A stretch of 64,000 nucleotides of DNA. Origin: Nemertoderma westbladi. Taxonomy: Eukaryota > Animalia > Xenacoelomorpha. The DNA lies in the NCBI GenBank assembly GCA_032718475.1, contig JAUCBJ010005651.1, forward strand, positions 4,679-68,678, read 5' to 3'. Below are positions 37,199 through 50,308 of this stretch, in pieces; position 1 is the first letter of the stretch, and every line of letters starts with the position of its first letter. The notes under the pieces are model-generated. The model searched no databases. It was not told where the DNA came from and saw nothing but the letters and a program-made list of their open reading frames with translations. The translations under genes and the position numbers were made by a program.

Positions 37199-38707
37199 AA
37201 CGTTTCAGCTGCAATACAGAACATAGAGGCCTAAACGGATGGTTTCGATTGGTTGTAAACCCAGAGGGAAATGATTGTCAGTGCATGCGCGAAGTGAATT
37301 ACTTTTCGTTACGGACTCACATACTTCTGTAAGTCAAATCGACAATTTTGAATATACAATTATTTTACGCTGACAATGTTAAAATATTGAATATTGGTGC
37401 TATTGACTTTCGTTTTTGTTAGAGTTATAAACTCGTGTTGCTGCAATCTGTTCCTTTCCCTTAATTTATACATTATTAACATTGTTGATTCGTCGAGACT
37501 AGAATGGCATCACCCCCCCCCCCTTCCTCTCTCATGGGAATTATTAATATAATACAATATATTATTTTTAATATTCAGGTTACTATTTTGTTATTAATAT
37601 TCGGTGACGAGATTTATTGATTGAAATGTAATGTTCATTCATATTTATAATGTTAAATTTAATATTACCCCATAGTATACCCTATAGAACTATGATTGTT
37701 AACTATCATTTCAACCGTATTTACATCGACAGGGTGAATATACTGCACCTATTCTTACCATAGAGAGTTGAAATGCAATAGTGTTTAATAAATAATATAT
37801 TAACTGCAGCATTAAACACAATTATATATAAATATTCACTGTAAATAATATAAATAAATTTAAAAAATATGGTGAATAACAAAAAACAAATTAGACATTA
37901 TTTGCATTGCATAGATAGGCACTATAGTAAATCACGATATATAAAGTCAACAAAACCTATTAAATTATTAAACTAAATTACTATGATTGGCACAAAACCA
38001 TGCAATAAATAAAATGAAATTACAAAATACTAATGAAACTCAAACTACTACACTCTGAAACAAGATTGTATAATAAATTTAACTGTCTGTGCAAATAAAA
38101 TTCCGCTAAATTAAAAGTTTAATAAATAATTTCCATTAGCCTCATCCGATCCATAAGTGGTGCCTCGCAGCGGCTCGGTACGAACTGAAATGAATAAATT
38201 GAGTTCCGTAATCATTGGCTTGATGGCGCTACTATCCGTATTGTATTACAGCTGAAAAAGTAACTGTCTTCCACTATATTTTAACACAAATAAGTCTAAC
38301 ATAAAATTTTGGAAAACCTAAAAATTTCTAAGTAGTTACTATAATACTCCATATGATTAGAAGATGGAATAATTTGCAACAACATTGATCTGTAACCAGT
38401 AAAAAACAGAGGTTTAGGACGGTAAATATGCACTTTTCAGGTACTAAACACTTCGATTTTGTAAATATCGCAGGTGACAATCCTAAATAAAACAGTCATG
38501 TTAACCATATATATAACCCTATATATATAGTCATATAATACTAGTCATGTGTGTGAGGACTGTGTGAGCAACAAGTTGCTGGAACATTTTTAAGAATTTC
38601 TATTTCCAGCAACGTCTTTAAAAACTACATTCCATTTTTATATTAGCTAATATTAGATAATTTGAGTGATTTGATATTATATATAAATGACTGGACATGT
38701 TGGCTGT

Positions 38708-38926
38708 GGGTCAGAGTAAAACGCGGATCCGGGTTCTACATTTAACATTGTCCCTACGGAAGGCGATTTTTTTTATATTTTGATAACTCCCAAAAATAAA
38801 GCTATAACCTGTTCTATTGACTTTAGTTTATTGTTTTGGTTAAAATAACGTGCCACTGTAACCTGCTCCTTTCCCTTAATTGATAATTTTGGAATCCGGA
38901 TACGGATCCGCGTTTTACACCTACCC
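38708..38926. mobile_element. MITE with GTAAAACGCGGATCCG inverted termini
   Basis: gtaaaacgcggatccg at ~38716 and cggatccgcgttttac at ~38903; carries the shared core module. Confidence 0.75.
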
Positions 38927-38944
38927 GTTAGCTGTTTATTTTGT

Positions 38945-41900
38945 ATAGTGTACCGTTCAGTGGATAGTGTACCGTTCAGTGGATAGTGTACCGTTCAGTG
39001 GATAATGTACCGTTCAGTACATCGACCCGGTGGATACTGTACCGTTCAGTACATCGAGCCAGTGGATAGTGTATCGTTCAGTACATCGAGCCAGTGGATA
39101 GTGTACCGTTCAGTGGATAGTGTACCGTTCAGTGGATAATGTACCGTTCAGTACATCGACCCGGTGGATACTGTACCGTTCAGTACATCGAGCCAGTGGA
39201 TAGTGTATCGTTCAGTACATCGAGCCAGTGGATAGTGTACCGTTCAGTGGATAGTGTACCGTTCAGTACATCGAGCCAGTGGATAGTGTACCGTTCAGTA
39301 CATCGACCCGGTGGATACTGTACCGTTCAGTACATCGAGCCAGTGGATAGTGTACCGTTCAGTACATCGAGACAGTGGATAGTGTACCGTTCAGTGGATA
39401 GTGTACCGTTCAGTGGATAGTGTACCGTTCAGTACATCGACCCGGTGGATAGTGTACCGTTCAGTACATCGAGCCAGTGGATAGTGTACCGTTCAGTACA
39501 TCGAGCCAGTGGATAGTGTACCGTTCATTACATCGAGCCAGTGGATAGTGTACCGTTCAGTGGATAGTGTACCGTTCAGTGGATAGTGTACCGTTCAGTA
39601 CATCGAGCCAGTGGATAGTGTACCGTTCAGTACATCGAGCCAGTGGATAGTGTACCGTTCAGTGGATCGAGCCAGTGGATAGTGTACCGTTCATTACATC
39701 GAGCCAGTGGATAGTGTACCGTTCAGTGGATCGAGCCAGTGGATAGTGTACCGTTCAGTACATCGTCCCGGTGGATAGTGTACCGTTCAGTGGATGGAGC
39801 CAGTGGATAGTGTACCGTTCAGTGGATCGACCCAGTGGATAGTGTACCGTTCAGTACATCGAGCCAATGGATAGTGTACCGTTCAGTACATCGAGCCAGT
39901 GGATAGTGTACCGTTCAGTGGATAGTGTACCGTTCAGTGGATCGAGCCAGTGGATAGTGTACCGTTCAGTACATCGTCCCGGTGGATAGTGTACCGTTCA
40001 GTGGATGGAGCCAGTGGATAGTGTACCGTTCAGTGGATCGACCCAGTGGATAGTGTACCGTTCAGTACATCGAGCCAATGGATAGTGTACCGTTCAGTAC
40101 ATCGAGCCAGTGGATAGTGTACCGTCCAGTACATCGAGCCAGTGGATAGTGTACCGTTCAGTGGATAGTGTATCGTTCAGTACATCGAGCCGGTGGATAG
40201 TGTACCGTTCAGTGGATAGTGTACCGTTCAGTACATCGAGCCAGTGGATAGTGTACCGTTCAGTGGATAGTGTACCGTTCAGTGGATAGTGTACCGTTCA
40301 GTGGATAGTGTACCGTTCAGTGGATCGACCCAGTGGATAGTGTACCGTTCAGTGGATAGTGTACCGTTCAGTACATCGAGCCAGTGGATAGTGTACCGTT
40401 CAGTGGATAGTGTACCGTTCAGTACATCGAGCCAGTGGATAGTGTACCGTTCAGTGGATAGTGTACCGTTCAGTACATCGAGCCGGTGGATAGTGTACCG
40501 TTCAGTGGATAGTGTAACGTTCAGTACATCGACCCGGTGGATAGTGTACCGTTCAGTACATCGAGCCAGTGGATAGTGTACCGTTCAGTGGATCGAGCCA
40601 GTGGATAGTGTACCGTTCATTACATCGAGCCAGTGGATAGTGTACCGTTCAGTGGATCGAGCCAGTGGATAGTGTACCGTTCAGTACATCGTCCCGGTGG
40701 ATAGTGTACCGTTCAGTGGATGGAGCCAGTGGATAGTGTACCGTTCAGTGGATCGACCCAGTGGATAGTGTACCGTTCAGTGGATAGTGTATCGTTCAGT
40801 ACATCGAGCCGGTGGATAGTGTACCGTTCAGTGGATAGTGTACCGTTCAGTACATCGAGCCAGTGGATAGTGTACCGTTCAGTGGATAGTGTACCGTTCA
40901 GTGGATAGTGTACCGTTCAGTGGATAGTGTACCGTTCAGTGGATCGACCCAGTGGATAGTGTACCGTTCAGTGGATAGTGTACCGTTCAGTACATCGAGC
41001 CAGTGGATAGTGTACCGTTCAGTGGATAGTGTACCGTTCAGTACATCGAGCCAGTGGATAGTGTACCGTTCAGTACATCGAGCCAGTGGATAGTGTACCG
41101 TTCAGTACATCCAGCTAGTGGATAGTGTACCGTTCAGTACATTGAGCCAGTGGATAGTGTACCGTTCAGTACATCGAGCCAGTGGATAGTGTACCGTTCA
41201 GTGGATAGTGTACCGTTCAGTACATCGAGCCGGTGGATAGTGTACCGTTCAGTGGATAGTGTAACGTTCAATACATCGACCCGGTGGATAGTGTACCGTT
41301 CAGTACATCGAGCCAGTGGATAGTGTACCGTTCATATATATCCCATCATAGTAGACATGTACCGAACAACAAGAGTCCCACAAGAAATGAAAACAAATAA
41401 GTTGGTGCCAGTTCCCAAGAAGGGCAACCTAACACTCTATGGTTCTTTTCGGGGAATCTCATTGATCTCGATTGCTGCAAAGCTATACAATAGAATTCTA
41501 TTAAATCGCATCAGGGATCCCATTGAGAGACTACTGCGTGGAAATCAGAATGGGTTCCGTAAAGGTCGTGGGACCATGGAGCCCATTTTGGCACTTAGAA
41601 GGATAATTGAAGAGTTATCAAAAAATAAAGACAGGCATCTGGCTGTTATCTTTGTTGACTTCTTCAAGGCCTTTGATTCAGTCTCTCGCTCACGTATGTT
41701 CAGCATACTTTCATTATATGGGATTCCTGATGAAATTATTGCAGCAATTAGATCAGTATACGATGGTTCGACAACATTTGTGTCTACTGTTGACGGTGAC
41801 ACAGAACCATTTGAAGTGTTATGGGGCGTCCTCCAAGGAGACACACTTGCACCATTCTTGTTCATTATTGTGGTTGATTATGTTCTACGCATGTCCTTAG

Positions 41901-44900
41901 ATCATCATAATGATGATGGGGTGATGATAACTCCACCTACTGGCTCCAGAAGTCGAGGAAATCCTGCCAAGTACATAACTGATCTAGACTTTGCTGATGA
42001 CTTAGGAGTACTCTCAGAATCATTAGAGGGAGCCCAGCGGCTCCTCAGCTCATTAGAACATGCTGCTTCTAGTGTTGGTCTTTTTATTAACTCCAGAAAG
42101 ACCAAAATTCTGACAGTTAACTTTGAAAGTCCTCAGCAAGTCTCTGATCGGATGAGCATAAGCTCAAAGGATGGTATGCTTGAGCATGTGGACGACTTCT
42201 GTTACCTGGGATCATGGATCCGGAAGTCAGGTGAGGACCTTCGAATACGTAAGGGAAAGGCATGGGAAGCCTTGAATAGGCTTTCCAGGATTTGGAAGTC
42301 ACCTAGAATTAATCGGAAACTTAAGGTCCGATTATTTAGAGCAGCAGTAGTTCCAGTACTCCTCTACGGGAGTCCATGCTGGGCTCTAACTGCTGAGGAC
42401 ACCAAATCTCTGGATGGCACATTCACAAGAATGCTACGCCGGGTACATTGTGTCAAGTACAATGCACACATCTCCAACCAGACACTATATAACATTGGAG
42501 GTGTCTCATTGGTTCCCCCAAGCTTGACACTAGAACAAAATCGCCTCCGCTTTGCAGGACATTGCTTTCGCCGTGAGGACCAGCCAGTGCATAATCTTGT
42601 ACTTTGGCAGCCTCATGGAGTGAATAAGCATGGTGGACAGCCCATGACTTTCTTGAGACGCATCTTAAAGGACACTGGCCTTAAAGATGCGGATGATCTA
42701 GCAAATGTCATGGGTGATAGGGAGTTGTGGCGGTGCAATTTTGTTGACAAGCCGGCACAGCATTCTTAAAAATGCAGCTGCAATGCAGCATGCCGATCCT
42801 AGTAGTAGTAGTAGTACCGTTCAGTGGATAGTGTACCGTTCAGTACATCGAGCCAGTGGATAGTGTACCGTTCAGTACATCGAGCCAGTGGATAGTGTAC
42901 CGTTCAGTACATCGACCCGGTGGATAGTGTATCGTTCAGTACATCGAGCCAGTGGATAGTGTACCGTTCAGTACATCGACCCGGTGGATAGTGTATCGTT
43001 CAGTACATCGAGCCAGTGGATAGTGTACCGTTCAGTACATCGAGCCAGTGGATAGTGTACCGTTCAGTGGATCGACCCAGTGGATAGTGTACCGTTCAGT
43101 ACATCGAGCCAGTGGATAGTGTACCATTCAGTGGATAGTGTACCGTTCAGTGGATAGTGTAACGTTCAGTACATCGACCCGGTGGATAGTGTACCGTTCA
43201 GTACATCGAGCCAGTGGATAGTGTACCGTTCAGTGGATAGTGTACCGTTCAGTACATCGAGCCAGTGGATAGTGTACCGTTCAGTACATCGTCCCGGTGG
43301 ATAGTGTACCGTTCAGTACATCGAGCCAGTGGATAGTGTACCGTTCAGTACATCGAGCCAGTGGATAGTGTACCGTTCAGTGGATAGTGTACCGTTCAGT
43401 ACATCGAGCCAGTGGATAGTGTACCGTTCAGTGGATAGTGTACCGTTCAGTGGATAGTGTACCGTTCAGTGGATAGTGTAACGTTCAGTACATCGACCCG
43501 GTGGATAGTGTACCGTTCAGTACATCGAGCCAGTGGATATTGTACCGTTCAGTACATCGAGCCAGTGGATAGTGTACCGTTCAGTGGATAGTGTACCGTT
43601 CAGTGGATAGTGTACCGTTCAGTGGATAGGGTACCGTTCAGTGGATAGTGTACCGTTCAGTACATCGAGCCAGTGGATAGTGTACCGTTCAGTGGATCGA
43701 GCCAGTGGATAGTGTACCGTTCAGTACATCCAGCTAGTGGATAGTGTACCGTTCAGTACATCGAGCCAGTGGATAGTGTACCGTTCAGTACATCGACCCA
43801 GTGGATAGTGTATCGTTCAGTACATCGAGCCAGTGGATAGTGTACCGTTCAGTGGATCGAGCCAGTGGATAGTGTACCGTTCAGTACATCCAGCTAGTGG
43901 ATAGTGTACCGTTCAGTACATCGAGCCAGTGGATAGTGTACCGTTCAGTACATCGAGCCAGTGGATAGTGTACCGTTTAGTACATCGAGCCAGTGGATAG
44001 TGTACCGTTCAGTGGATAGTGTACCGTTCAGTGGATAGTGTACCGTTCAGTACATCGAGCCAGTGGATAGTGTACCGTTCAGTGGATAGTGTACCGTTCA
44101 GTACATCGAGCCAGTGGATAGTGTATCGTTCAGTACATCGAGCCAGTGGATAGTGTACCGTCCAGTACATCGAGCCAGTGGATAGTGTACCGTTCAGTGG
44201 ATAGTGTACCGTTCAGTACATCGAGCCAGTGGATAGTGTACCGTTCAGTGGATAGTGTACCGTTCAGTACATCGAGCCAGTGGATAGTGTAACGTTCAGT
44301 ACATCGAGCCAGTGGATAGTGTACCGTTCAGTACATCGAGCCAGTGGATAGTGTACCGTTCAGTGGATAGTGTACCGTTCAGTGGATAGTGTACCGTTCA
44401 GTGGATAGTGTACCGTTCAGTGGATAGTGTACCGTTCAGTGGATAGTGTACCGTTCAGTGGATAGTGTACCGTTCAGTACATCGACCCAGTGGATAGTGT
44501 ACCGTTCAGTGGATAGTGTACCGTTCAGTGGATAGTGTACCGTTCAGTGGATAGTGTAACGTTCAGTACATCGAGCCAGTGGATAGTGTACCGTTCAGTA
44601 CATCGACCCAGTGGATAGTGTACCGTTCAGTGGATAGTGTACCGTTCAATGGATAGTGTACCGTTCAGTGGATAGTGTACCGTTCAGTACATCGAGCCAG
44701 TGGATAGTGTACCGTTCAGTACATCGAGCCAGTGGATAGTGTACCGTTCAGTACATCGAGCCAGTGGATAGTGTACCGTTCAGTGGATAGTGTACCGTTC
44801 AATGGATAGTGTACCGTTCAGTGGATAGTGTACCGTTCAGTACATCGAGCCAATGGATAGTGTACCGTTCAGTACATCGAGCCAGTGGATAGTGTACCGT

Positions 44901-46033
44901 TCAGTACATCGAGCCAGTGGATAGTGTACCGTTCAGTGGATCGACCCAGTGGATAGTGTACCGTTCAGTGGATAGTGTACCGTTCAGTACATCGAGCCAA
45001 TGGATAGTGTACCGTTCAGTACATCGAGCCAGTGGATAGTGTACCGTTCAGTACATCGAGCCAGTGGATAGTGTACCGTTCAGTACATCGAGCCAGTGGA
45101 TAGTGTACCGTTCAGTGGATAGTGTACCGTTCAGTGGATAGTGTACCGTTCAGTGGATAGTGTACCGTTCAGTACATCGAGCCAATGGATAGTGTACCGT
45201 TCAGTACATCGAGCCAGTGGATAGTGTACCGTTCAGTACATCGAGCCAGTGGATAGTGTACCGTTCAGTGGATCGACCCAGTGGATAGTGTACCGTTCAG
45301 TGGATAGTGTACCGTTCAGTACATCGAGCCAATGGATAGTGTACCGTTCAGTACATCGAGCCAGTGGATAGTGTACCGTTCAGTACATCGAGCCAGTGGA
45401 TAGTGTACCGTTCAGTGGATAGTGTACCGTTCAGTGGATAGTGTACCGTTCAGTGGATAGTGTACTGTTCAGTACATCGACCCGTGGATAGTGTACCGTT
45501 CAGTGGATAGTGTACCGTTCAGTGGATAGTGTACCGTTCAGTGGATAGTGTACCGTTCAGTGGATAGTGTACCGTTCAGTGGATAGTGTACCGTTCAGTG
45601 GATAGTGTACCGTTCAGTGGATAGTGTACCGTTCAGTACATCGAGCCAGTGGATAGTGTACCGTTCAGTGGATCGAGCCAGTGGATAGTGTACCGTTCAG
45701 TACATCGAGCCAGTGGATAGTGTACCGTTCAGTACATCCAGCTAGTGGATAGTGTACCGTTCAGTACATCGAGCCAGTGGATAGTGTACCGTTCAGTACA
45801 TCGAGCCAGTGGATAGTGTACCGTTCAGTACATCGAGCCAGTGGATAGTGTACCGTTCAGTGGATCGAGCCAGTGGATAGTGTACCGTTCAGTACATCGA
45901 GCCAGTGGATAGTGTACCGTTCAGTACATCGAGCCAGTGGATAGTGTACCGTTCAGTACATCCAGCTAGTGGATAGTGTACCGTTCAGTACATCCAGCTA
46001 GTGGATAGTGTACCGTTCAGTACATCGAGCCAA
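38945..46033. repeat. ~7-kb compound satellite: 19-bp GTGGATAGTGTACCGTTCA with optional 13-bp GTACATCGAGCCA, interrupted by an RTE LINE
   Basis: Directly visible at 38945-41334 and 42814-46033. Confidence 0.97.
41335..42813 (+). mobile_element. 5'-truncated RTE-clade LINE with uninterrupted 470-aa RT ORF, (TAG)n tail and candidate TSD GTACCGTTCA
   Basis: ORF 41357-42769: VPKKGNL..FRGISL, QNGFRKGRGT, FVDFFKAFDSV, GVLQGDTLAP, DFADD, FCYLGSW, RLRFAGHC; GTACCGTTCA at 41325-41334 and 42814-42823. Confidence 0.95.
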
Positions 46034-46036
46034 TGA

Positions 46037-49000
46037 TTACTGGTTGAACCTAATCGCCCGGTTCCCAACTACCTCGGTCTCGCTCCATCGATCCACCTCA
46101 GCCAACGTATAGTTCCGCAGCCGCGCCCCGCAGACTCCCAGGATCCTCCCGACAACCTCCCCGGACAGCTGGCAGTACACGTGGATCTCGGTTAGTCTAG
46201 AACACCGCGTTGCCAGGCCAACTAGCGCCAATTCTAACTCCGGCGACCCTTTAGTGTAAAGATAGATGCGTTCCAACGTAGCTGAATAGTTATCGGCCGC
46301 CTGCAGAAGTATAAATGTAGTTTATTTCATTGGTGGAAACTTACTTTATTCCTGACGGGGACTTATGGGGCAGTCCTTGCTGGACCATAGAAATATAAGG
46401 TGCTTTTTTACATCTCATTGAGGCCCCATCAGTCCTAGCGCTAACCAGTTCAGCCACTTGGCCCTCATACTTACTCTCCCATCTAATACACTTCTGCCTC
46501 CTCATTTTTTCCATTTCTAAACAAAACTATAATATTAGATCATATAGGAACAAGAGAAGGATAGACTGGCTTACTCTGTTCATCCAAGTTCTTATTTACT
46601 TTATGTGTCTCTTTCCAAGTCAATTAACTTACCCTGTTAACTTCTTGATGGACTCTTGTGAAGGTTTCCAGCCTCAACGAGTAAACAGGAATATTGGAGT
46701 CGAGGATTCCTTTAATGGAGGTGAACGGACAGGTTGAGTCGATGTAGATAGTGACCCGCAGCTCCGGCCACAGTCGGGTCAACTCCTTCCAGGAGCCCCC
46801 CGTCGGCGGGGTATGGAACTTCTCCGCGCGGATGCACTTCAAACTCAGATGTATAAGAGGAGCACGCGAATGTGATCGCAACGCATCAATCACATCGTCT
46901 GCAAATAGAAACATTCAAAAACAAATAGTAGCAGCTGATCAATTTGACGCTAGCTGAGCCAGTCAGACAGTATAAATCCCAAGCTAAAACTGTTAGTACC
47001 GGTACCCGAGAGTGCACTGTAGCATACAATACAACTCACCAGTGAAGCTCGAATAGAAGGCGTTGATATTATCGAGATATTTACAGTTTTGTATAAGTTC
47101 AACAAGAACCCCAGGGGATAATTTATTAATTAAACAAACATTCTGTATGTTGAGATATCGTAAACCCTTGTGATGGTCTGCCAGCAAGGTAACCAACCGG
47201 TCGCTGATGTTTATTCCGAATCTAAAACAAGTAGGAAAAATCTAATAATTAGGCTGCCATACTCCTAGTCCAGTAAGAATAATACTGAACCTGGGACAAA
47301 GTGCAACATAATTTAATTTAATATTTTCGGGGCACAAAATTTTATGTTTATCGACATATTTAAGATTGGCCGAAATCGGATTGTTGGAACTGTTGGAACT
47401 TGGTTAAAAATACCATTTCACAAGCTTTAGACACTTTTCCTATATTTAAAGAATTCATTCCTTGACCTACCCCTGTAGTCTGTACCCCACCCAAATCACT
47501 ATGGGAGAATCCGATGGGGGACTTTCTAAAACCCGGGGAATTTTAATCGCAGGATTAAAGTGTAATAAGCGTTTGACTGCAACCTAATAAGAAAATGGAA
47601 GAATCTGGCAATGTTTAATCAATTTAAATAGGCCTATAAGGTTATTAATAAATTTTAAAATAATTATATTCAGGATCAACTGCCTTTATACATTTTGGTA
47701 CAGTAATTACAGAAAATAATTTTCCAACCAATCAGATCTTTTCTTGATGCCATGGCAACAGAATCATATTTTAATGTGTGGAATTTCTGTCAGAAACATT
47801 TTATATGTATAATTTATTTGAATAAAATAATATTTCAGGTATAAAATATGCTCGTTGCTATGGTAACACAGTAAATATAATAATGACTTCGCTTGTGATT
47901 ATGAATGTTGACTTTGTTTGTATAATGTAATCAGTAATCATATGCATCTGAAGTACATATAAAATGTTTCTGATTAGAAATTCCACATATTAAAAAATAT
48001 TATAGTAACACGCAAAGACCCGATTGGTTGGAAATTATTTTCTGGACGTACCGACGGGGCCAGAATTTATTTCTTTTTAAATTTATTAATAACAATATAT
48101 ATTTGAATTTATCAAACATTATTTATAGCAGATATTATTTTATTGTTAGGTTACAGATCAACTCCTACTTGAATCCTGGCAACTACTAAAATACAATCAA
48201 TTATTATTTCGAATGTTTCGTTTCTTTTTTTGTGCAAAATGGGGAACAGGTAATACGGAAATATTTCCAATATTACTAATATTTCCTGAGCAACTAAGTT
48301 TGACCAAGTATTTCTCATTGTTCCCATGGTAACCGGGTTTCAGAAAGCACCCCATATGTTATGTTGGACAATACCTTTATACATTGTTTGGTGTATTTTA
48401 TTTTTACATAATGTGTAAATAAATCTATCTATCTAGGAAAGGGGTGATTTATATAAATGAATTCCTGTTGCCATGGTGAAATGCTCTTATTAACCAAGTT
48501 CCAACACCAACAATCCGATTTGGATATGTTGATAAGCATAAAATTTAGAGACAGAGGGGGAAACTGGACGCAAATCCCATCTGGGTGAATTAATATCCCG
48601 CCTCAATGTGAAATTCTCAATTTAGGGAAAGGATCAGGTTACAGTGGCACGTTATTTTAACCAAAACAATAAACTAAACACAATAAAACAGGTTACAGTT
48701 TTATTTTTGAGAGTAATCATCTGTTATTTGCGTCCAATTTCCCCTGGAGAGGGATGAATTTTTATTGCGTCCAGTCCCCCCCCCCCCCCCCCGCCCCCCT
48801 ATCTGCTAATTTGAGCCTAGAAAATCTTAATTTAAATTTTGTTGCAATTTGACTGAGGAGCTTGAACCATTTTTCGCTTATTTTGACTGGACGATAATAA
48901 ATCAACAAAGGTTGTTTGACCGTTCAGTGATGTTATAGTGTAACACAAAAACATACTTGTTATTTACGGGTGTTTTAGGATTTACTTGTCCAAGTACGAA

Positions 49001-49939
49001 ATAATTTCTACATCCGAGAGGATCCGTAAGAGGAATTGTGTAGGCCTGGTAAATTTGGGAGTCTCGCTTCAGAGATAAAAAATCAATAACAAAAGCTCAA
49101 CCTAACAGCTTACCTAACAGTCAAGATATAGATATACCAGTACACGCAAACTGAAAGAAACATTCTCACTCTCTCAATCACGCTATTAAAATCGGCCTAC
49201 ATGTAAGTAAGGAAAACTGATACCGTAGCCTAGTCTACACACTCAAAATTGACTAAACTGCTAAAAACTAATAAAAATATTTCAATACTTCATCAATTTT
49301 AATTTGTTACACTGTAAAACAGTAAAATATAGGCCTATCAGCCTATGCCCTATACTGCTATAGGGTCTTTATCAATACGTACCGAGAAAAATCCACGTGT
49401 TTCAGAGACGAGAATCCGGGTTTACAGATGAGATCGCAAACGAGAGTTTCAAACTCACCGCCGTTAAACATTAAGGGATTCTCGCCGCGGAACTCTATAG
49501 CGAAGTATTCTATGTTTATCTCGGTAGAAGTAGACGCCAACAGTCTCAGCGACTCCAGAGTGGAGCTGCGATTGTAGGCGAACTTCTGAATGCAGCCGAT
49601 GGAGATATTTCGTAAGTAGCGGAGGTACGGCGAGTGGAAGTAACCGAGGTATTTCGCGTCCGATTCATCGTGGAACCACAACGCAACCCGACGCCACAAC
49701 TCCGGCGCCTGGTAGCAGTTGTACCAGTGACGGCAGGCGCAAGCACCTCGCAACCGATCAGGAATATCGAGGAACGACATAATGTTGATAACAGCCTCGG
49801 TAGGTAGTCGCTCCCATGGCTTCGTAGACCTACAAACATGGTTGAATTCGCGAGATTCGAAGTTTGTTGGAATATTAGCTACTTTAGTTGGCGGAACCTC
49901 CACAAACTCGTTTGTAGGCCCATGAATTCGTTTAGACAT
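46037..49939 (-). CDS. FBXL8: F-box/LRR protein, FBXL8-like; exons 49939-49383, 47221-47040, 46898-46633, 46300-46037
   Basis: F-box WERLPTEAVINIMSFL..DRLRGACACRHW..LWR; three GT-AG introns join in phase (VDFSR|FGINISD; SSFT|DDVIDAL; EVNR|AADNYSATLE); C-terminal half resembles recalled FBXL8 (EL..AL..LA.RC..L.E.H..C, RLR.YTL). Confidence 0.85.
47270..48892. mobile_element. ~1.6-kb degenerate palindromic (fold-back) element in FBXL8 intron 1
   Basis: aatcggattgttgg..gttggaacttggttaa (47375-47407) versus ttaaccaagttccaacaccaacaatccgatt (48490-48520); ggaatttctgtcagaaacattttatatgta (47780-47809) versus tacatataaaatgtttctgattagaaattcc (47954-47984). Confidence 0.75.
48547..48803. mobile_element. 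MITE family AGACAG(G)nAAACTGGACGCAA, nested in the intron fold-back
   Basis: Inverted ends ctggacgcaa / ttgcgtccag with G/C runs; opposite-orientation copy at 59729-59982. Confidence 0.8.
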
Positions 49940-50308
49940 ACCGGTAGTGTTGAGCTTGTACAGCTGGTCGCAATGATATTCCCATGAGTGAGCAGGTGAG
50001 TTGGCCTATGTCTGTATGTGCTGCTTGCCTTTCTTTTAAGGCTTAAAGAAAACTTATGCTTCTTCAGCCTCAAATAGGTACTGTAGACGACATCAGTCTG
50101 TCAGTTGGCCATGTAAACTGAACGACCACATTATTTACTGCATTAGCCTACTGCAGTAGCACAGCAGTAATACCGTTACCGTACCGACAGAGCAATACCC
50201 AGGCAGCCTGATACCGTACCCGGTACCGATAAAGGTTGCACAGTTTTCCAGTAAACATTCTTATGTCCTTCTATTATCTATTTACTTTCTATATTTATTT
50301 TTACTGCG
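49940..50308. promoter_or_regulatory. Putative bidirectional promoter between FBXL8-like and BRAT1
   Basis: Divergent start codons 369 bp apart; TACCG/ACCGGT repeats at 50171-50228. Confidence 0.55.

Noticed and set aside
38945-46033. CRISPR-like repeat-spacer look of the 19-bp repeat with 13-bp inserts
   Set aside because: Inserts are near-identical, optional and too short; no cas genes; eukaryotic context. It is a satellite.
46085-46120. Faint similarity between the FBXL8 last exon (catcgatcca, gccaacgtatagttccg) and the satellite unit
   Set aside because: Matches are short and gapped; cannot be distinguished from chance.
48985-49044. Possible 60-nt phase-compatible cassette exon in FBXL8 intron 1 (ccag|GCCTACAC...GGACAA|gtaaat)
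   Set aside because: Weak acceptor tract, and exon 1 joins exon 2 directly with FBXL8-like continuity; needs RNA evidence.
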